Of a stretch of 64,000 nucleotides of DNA, positions 60,627 through 64,000 are shown piece by piece (the first letter of the stretch is position 1; every line of letters begins with the position of its first letter). Source of the stretch: Erysipelotrichaceae bacterium (GTDB taxonomy: Bacteria > Bacillota_I > Bacilli_A > Erysipelotrichales > Erysipelotrichaceae); assembly GCA_009773735.1 (NCBI GenBank), contig WSYG01000004.1, positions 1,932 to 65,931 of the forward strand, written 5' to 3'. A program made the position numbers and the translations under genes. The notes under the pieces were generated by a model. It was not told where the DNA came from. It made no database searches and was given only the letters and a program-made list of their open reading frames with translations.

Positions 60627-61748
60627 CTAAGAGTAGGTTCTGACAGGCAAGATGAGCTGTAAAATCGAGTCATCTTCTGCATTACGAATGATGAATGGTT
60701 TCATTTCTCCACTAAACTCGATCTTGACGACAGTTCCGTTTAAAACCCGGACCGCATCGAAGACATATCTGCCACTAAACGAGATTTCCAAAGGATTTCC
60801 TTTATAATGGATCGCATTCAATCTTTCAAGCGAAGATCCAACTTCTTGAGACTTGGAACTGATCAAAATTTCTTTTCCGCTGGCACTTAATTTGATGATG
60901 CTGACGCCTTCAGATTTGATGAAAGAAGCTCTGTCGATGGCATTCAAGATGTCTCTAGAATCTAAGGTCAATTCATACAAGAATTCTTGTGGGATAAGAC
61001 GAGATGTTTCTGGATATAATCCATCGATCAAACGTGTTTGAATGACTGTGTTGTCGATCCAGAACTGAGCCTTTTTATCACTGATACAAACCAAGACTTT
61101 GACATCCTTTTCGATTGTTTTAGCGACTTCACCCAACGTTTTTGCAGGGATTGTCACATTAAAGTGATTTTCACTTTCTAATTTGATGGTTTTCTTAGCT
61201 AAACGGAAACTATCTGTCGCAACACAATCGAGCGTATTGCCTTCACATTTGAAGTTGACCCCAGTTAATACTGGACGTGTTTCTTTATCGCTGCTGGCAA
61301 AACTGGTTTGAGTGATGATTTTTAAGAGTTGATCTGCGTTGATTTCAAATTGCTTGGTTGGCATCGTGAAATCGATTGCTGGATAATCTGCAGCTTTCAT
61401 GCCGTTGATGTTGAATTCAGCTGAATGACCACTGATCTTAGTTAAATTACCATCCAAGACTTGAAACATAATTTCATCAGCATCTATTTTTCTAACGATG
61501 TCCAAAATATATTTGGCTTCGATAACAATAGATCCTTCTGTTTTTATTTCAAAAACATATTCTTCATCATTCTTTTGAATGACTTTTTGAATTGAAATAT
61601 CAGAGTCACTACCGGTTAGGGTCAATTCTCCGTCTTTGATTTCGATTTTGATCCCAGTGAGCCAAGGCAAAGGTGAATTTGCAGATATGGCACGAGATAC
61701 CACCGACAATGCATTAAAGAAAATACGTTTAGAAATTTTGAAGTTCAA
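60627..61748 (-). CDS. dnaN: DNA polymerase III beta sliding clamp
   Basis: Three-domain clamp of the usual length, with LTGIKIE, PVLTGVNF and LILPVR blocks. The track start ATG at 61766 contains AAGGAGG within its first codons. That SD sits 8 nt before a TTG at 61748 (MNFKISK...), which is the likelier start. Confidence 0.9.
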   Translation of the reverse strand: MNFKISKRIFFNALSVVSRAISANSPLPWLTGIKIEIKDGELTLTGSDSDISIQKVIQKNDEEYVFEIKTEGSIVIEAKYILDIVRKIDADEIMFQVLDGNLTKISGHSAEFNINGMKAADYPAIDFTMPTKQFEINADQLLKIITQTSFASSDKETRPVLTGVNFKCEGNTLDCVATDSFRLAKKTIKLESENHFNVTIPAKTLGEVAKTIEKDVKVLVCISDKKAQFWIDNTVIQTRLIDGLYPETSRLIPQEFLYELTLDSRDILNAIDRASFIKSEGVSIIKLSASGKEILISSKSQEVGSSLERLNAIHYKGNPLEISFSGRYVFDAVRVLNGTVVKIEFSGEMKPFIIRNAEDDSILQLILPVRTYS

Positions 61749-61893
61749 TTGCGGTTCCTCCTTCATAATTATCTTTTTAAGGATAATTATTATTAAGCGT
61801 GTTGATAAGTAGGATAAGTATTAAAAAGTCTTTTATTCTAATGATATTTTAACACTTTTAAGTGTGAATTCATAGTGAATTGATGTGCATAAA

Positions 61894-63240
61894 TCAAGTC
61901 TGTAAAATCTGTTTTTCGAGTTCGTTGAGCATATTTTTATAATGAATATCTTTCTTTAAGTTGATTTCAACTTTCTCACAAGCATTCATGACGGTTGAAT
62001 GATCTCGCTTACCAAATTCTTCACCAATTTTAATAAACGGTAGATCCAATAACTTTCTGCTTAGATACATCGCAATATGTCGGGCACTTGCGATATTTTT
62101 TGTACGAGAGTTAGAAATAAGTTGCTGCCGAGTCAATCCAAAGTAATCTGAAACGATTCTTTTGATCTTGTTGACAGATACTTCGTTCTTTTCAGCGACG
62201 GCTCCAGCCCCTTTGAAGGCTCCCATCGCTAATTTGAAGTCGATCCTGCCACCATTCCCAAACTGAACAGCATAGAACAGCAAACGATTTAATGCGCCCT
62301 CTAATTTACGAACATCTTTCGCAAAATTGGTCGCGATATAGCTTAATACATCGTCGTCTACAGTCCCTAAACCATCTAGAGTTTGCATATTTAATCTAGA
62401 TTTTAAGATGGCTAAAGCTGTTTCAAACTCAGGAGAATCTAAACCTACGGTCAATCCTGAAGAGAAACGGCTGATCAAACGTTCTTCAAGTCCTTTTATT
62501 TCAGAAGGATCACGATCTGAGGTCAAAACGATTTGTTTTTTATTGTTGACGAGTTCGTTGAAGATATGGAAGAAGATCTCATGCGATTTTTCTTTGCCGG
62601 CGATGAATTGTATGTCATCGATCAACAAGACATCCAGTGAAAACATACGTTTTTTAAAGCTTTCGATCGGTTCAGTCTTACTGGTGATGGAATCTACCAC
62701 AGCCGTAACGAATTCAGAGCCTGAAGTATAGAGAACCTTCATCTCTGGATGGTGTTTTTTTATATAATTGCCAATCGCATTCAATAGGTGAGTCTTGCCT
62801 AAGCCTGAATTACCATGAACAAACAACGGAGAATAGAATTTCCCTGGTGTGTATGCACAAGCCAAGGCTGCCGAGTGAGCTTCCTTGTTGCTTGGACCGA
62901 CGATAAAATTATCAAACGTATATTCAACGCGAACCTGATCGTTATGAACCACTTCTTTTTCGGGTAGTTTATCCCCATATTCATCATTTAAAAGGATCTC
63001 TACCGATACCAGATATCCTAACCCTTCTAAGATATCCTTAATAAGATTTGTCTTTTGAGACAAAACAGTTTTCTGAACAAAACTGGGCACAGTAATAACC
63101 GCTTTATCGTCATTCAGATAAACTAAATTGGATTCATCAAAATAAGCATCATAAACGATCTTGTCGATTGAACTGTCTTCTCGAATGATTGTTTTTGCCT
63201 TACTCCAAATGTCTTGATAGTAATGTTCAACCCCGGTCAT
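61894..63240 (-). CDS. dnaA: chromosomal replication initiator DnaA
   Basis: AAA+ blocks GNSGLGKTHLL and LLIDDIQF, and a domain IV HTH (IASARHIAMYL, DHSTV). Two candidate ATGs exist, at 63264 and 63240. The 63240 ATG is preceded by AAGGGGTAAGG. Confidence 0.95.
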   Translation of the reverse strand: MTGVEHYYQDIWSKAKTIIREDSSIDKIVYDAYFDESNLVYLNDDKAVITVPSFVQKTVLSQKTNLIKDILEGLGYLVSVEILLNDEYGDKLPEKEVVHNDQVRVEYTFDNFIVGPSNKEAHSAALACAYTPGKFYSPLFVHGNSGLGKTHLLNAIGNYIKKHHPEMKVLYTSGSEFVTAVVDSITSKTEPIESFKKRMFSLDVLLIDDIQFIAGKEKSHEIFFHIFNELVNNKKQIVLTSDRDPSEIKGLEERLISRFSSGLTVGLDSPEFETALAILKSRLNMQTLDGLGTVDDDVLSYIATNFAKDVRKLEGALNRLLFYAVQFGNGGRIDFKLAMGAFKGAGAVAEKNEVSVNKIKRIVSDYFGLTRQQLISNSRTKNIASARHIAMYLSRKLLDLPFIKIGEEFGKRDHSTVMNACEKVEINLKKDIHYKNMLNELEKQILQT

Positions 63241-63316
63241 ATGCCTTACCCCTTGTGTACTCATTATTTTAGCAAGTTATAAGCGCCTTGGTTGATGTAA
63301 AAATTTTCATATTGCG

Positions 63317-63617
63317 TTGTCCACAAAACAAGGCCTAATATATTCCTTTAAAAAACAAGGAATTAAAGAGTTTTCCACAACAATCCCCAACTTTTTATCC
63401 ATCATGATTGTGGATAACTTTATTCACTTGTGGGAAACTAAATAATTTGTGGATACATTTTAACTATGAGTGACTTATCCATAGTGTAAAAGCATCAAAA
63501 TCGTGTTGTTTTAAAAGCGCTAAGGGACTTATCCACGATTAAACAAATCGGTGGGGAAGTTTCAAAAACTTCTGTGGTAAATTTGTTCATATCTGCCCTG
63601 CACACTATTGTGGACAA
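63317..63617. other. oriC DnaA-box cluster
   Basis: One perfect box, TGTGGATAA, at 63409-63417. One-mismatch boxes: TTGTCCACA 63317, TTTTCCACA 63371, TGTGGATAC 63448, TTATCCATA 63475, TTATCCACG 63529, TGTGGACAA 63609. Weaker two-mismatch boxes lie at 63395, 63429 and 63573. Confidence 0.85.
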
Positions 63618-63618
63618 C

Positions 63619-64000
63619 TTATAAAAACAGGCTTATGACACTTTCTATCAATATCAGGGCACAAATCGTATTGATCAGCTTGTAATGACGTTGCATTGCA
63701 CTGCTTAATAAAACCCCAAGTAGGCCCCAAGCCCATAAACACACCACACTGATCGATGTTAAAAGCAGGGCATATAAGACAATTTGAATCAAATCTGATG
63801 TGTAAGGCAACACAAAGCTGTTGAGTGACGTAATCGCATATAAAATAATCTTGACGTTAAGAAACTGTAGGATCATTCCATTTAAAAAGCTCGGTTCTTT
63901 GATGTTTTGATCAAGTTCAACAGGTTTACTGGTATAAATTTTATAAGCCAGATAAAGAATATATATGGCGCCTAGGATTTTAGCGATCTGCGTAAGTTGT
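63619..64000 (-). CDS. LysE/RhtB family amino-acid exporter (C-terminal part; N-terminus beyond the window)
   Basis: The reading frame continues upstream of the track ORF to the window edge: ...KILGAIYILYLAYKIYTSKPVELDQNIKEPSFLNGMILQFLNVKIILYAIT. This is the LysE-type F..G....NPK-like block with flanking TM helices. Confidence 0.6.
   Translation of the reverse strand, partial: QLTQIAKILGAIYILYLAYKIYTSKPVELDQNIKEPSFLNGMILQFLNVKIILYAITSLNSFVLPYTSDLIQIVLYALLLTSISVVCLWAWGLLGVLLSSAMQRHYKLINTICALILIESVISLFL

Noticed and set aside
61767-61893. DnaA boxes in the dnaA-dnaN spacer (for example TGTGAATTC, GGATAAGTA)
   Set aside because: Each differs from TTATCCACA at three or more positions. They are not reported as boxes, and the spacer is only noted as AT-rich.

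Overview
This is a low-GC Bacillota-type chromosomal segment that ends at the replication origin. A cluster of near-consensus DnaA boxes (about 63317-63617) sits upstream of dnaA. It is followed on the minus strand by dnaN, a cvpA-like gene, yaaA, recF, gyrB and gyrA. Most of the window is minus-strand housekeeping, co-oriented with leftward replication: argS, ispF, ychF, folD, dtd, miaA, mutL, mutS, ppnK, fhs, recR, dnaX, tadA, gdhA and serS. The standard genetic code applies, since TGA is used as a stop and long ORFs stay intact. RNA and regulatory elements readable from the sequence are a small 4.5S-type SRP RNA, a Ser T-box leader before serS, a candidate NiCo (czcD-motif) riboswitch, a cre site, several consensus sigma-A promoters and intrinsic terminators. 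No transposase, integrase, CRISPR array, tRNA or rRNA was seen. The accessory-looking stretch (about 14.4-33.8 kb) holds an arsR-acr3-arsC operon, a PadR/DUF4097 pair, czcD and an L-ascorbate PTS (ula) operon. It also holds a four-gene operon of tocopherol-cyclase-like, VTE5-like, DUF92/VTE6-like and DUF1722 genes, and an internally duplicated lipoprotein next to an ABC exporter. The ula operon has no recognisable ulaD and carries an unknown 338-aa gene in that position. Other unexplained items are a PTS EIICB-like protein that has lost its catalytic residues, two orphan proteins (511 aa and 322 aa), and an identical 14-bp palindrome on both sides of serS. I see no clear self-contained novel system such as a defence island. 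The prenol-kinase/cyclase-like operon and the ulaD-less ula operon are the best candidates. All family assignments rest on motif recognition by eye and need HMM or covariance-model confirmation.
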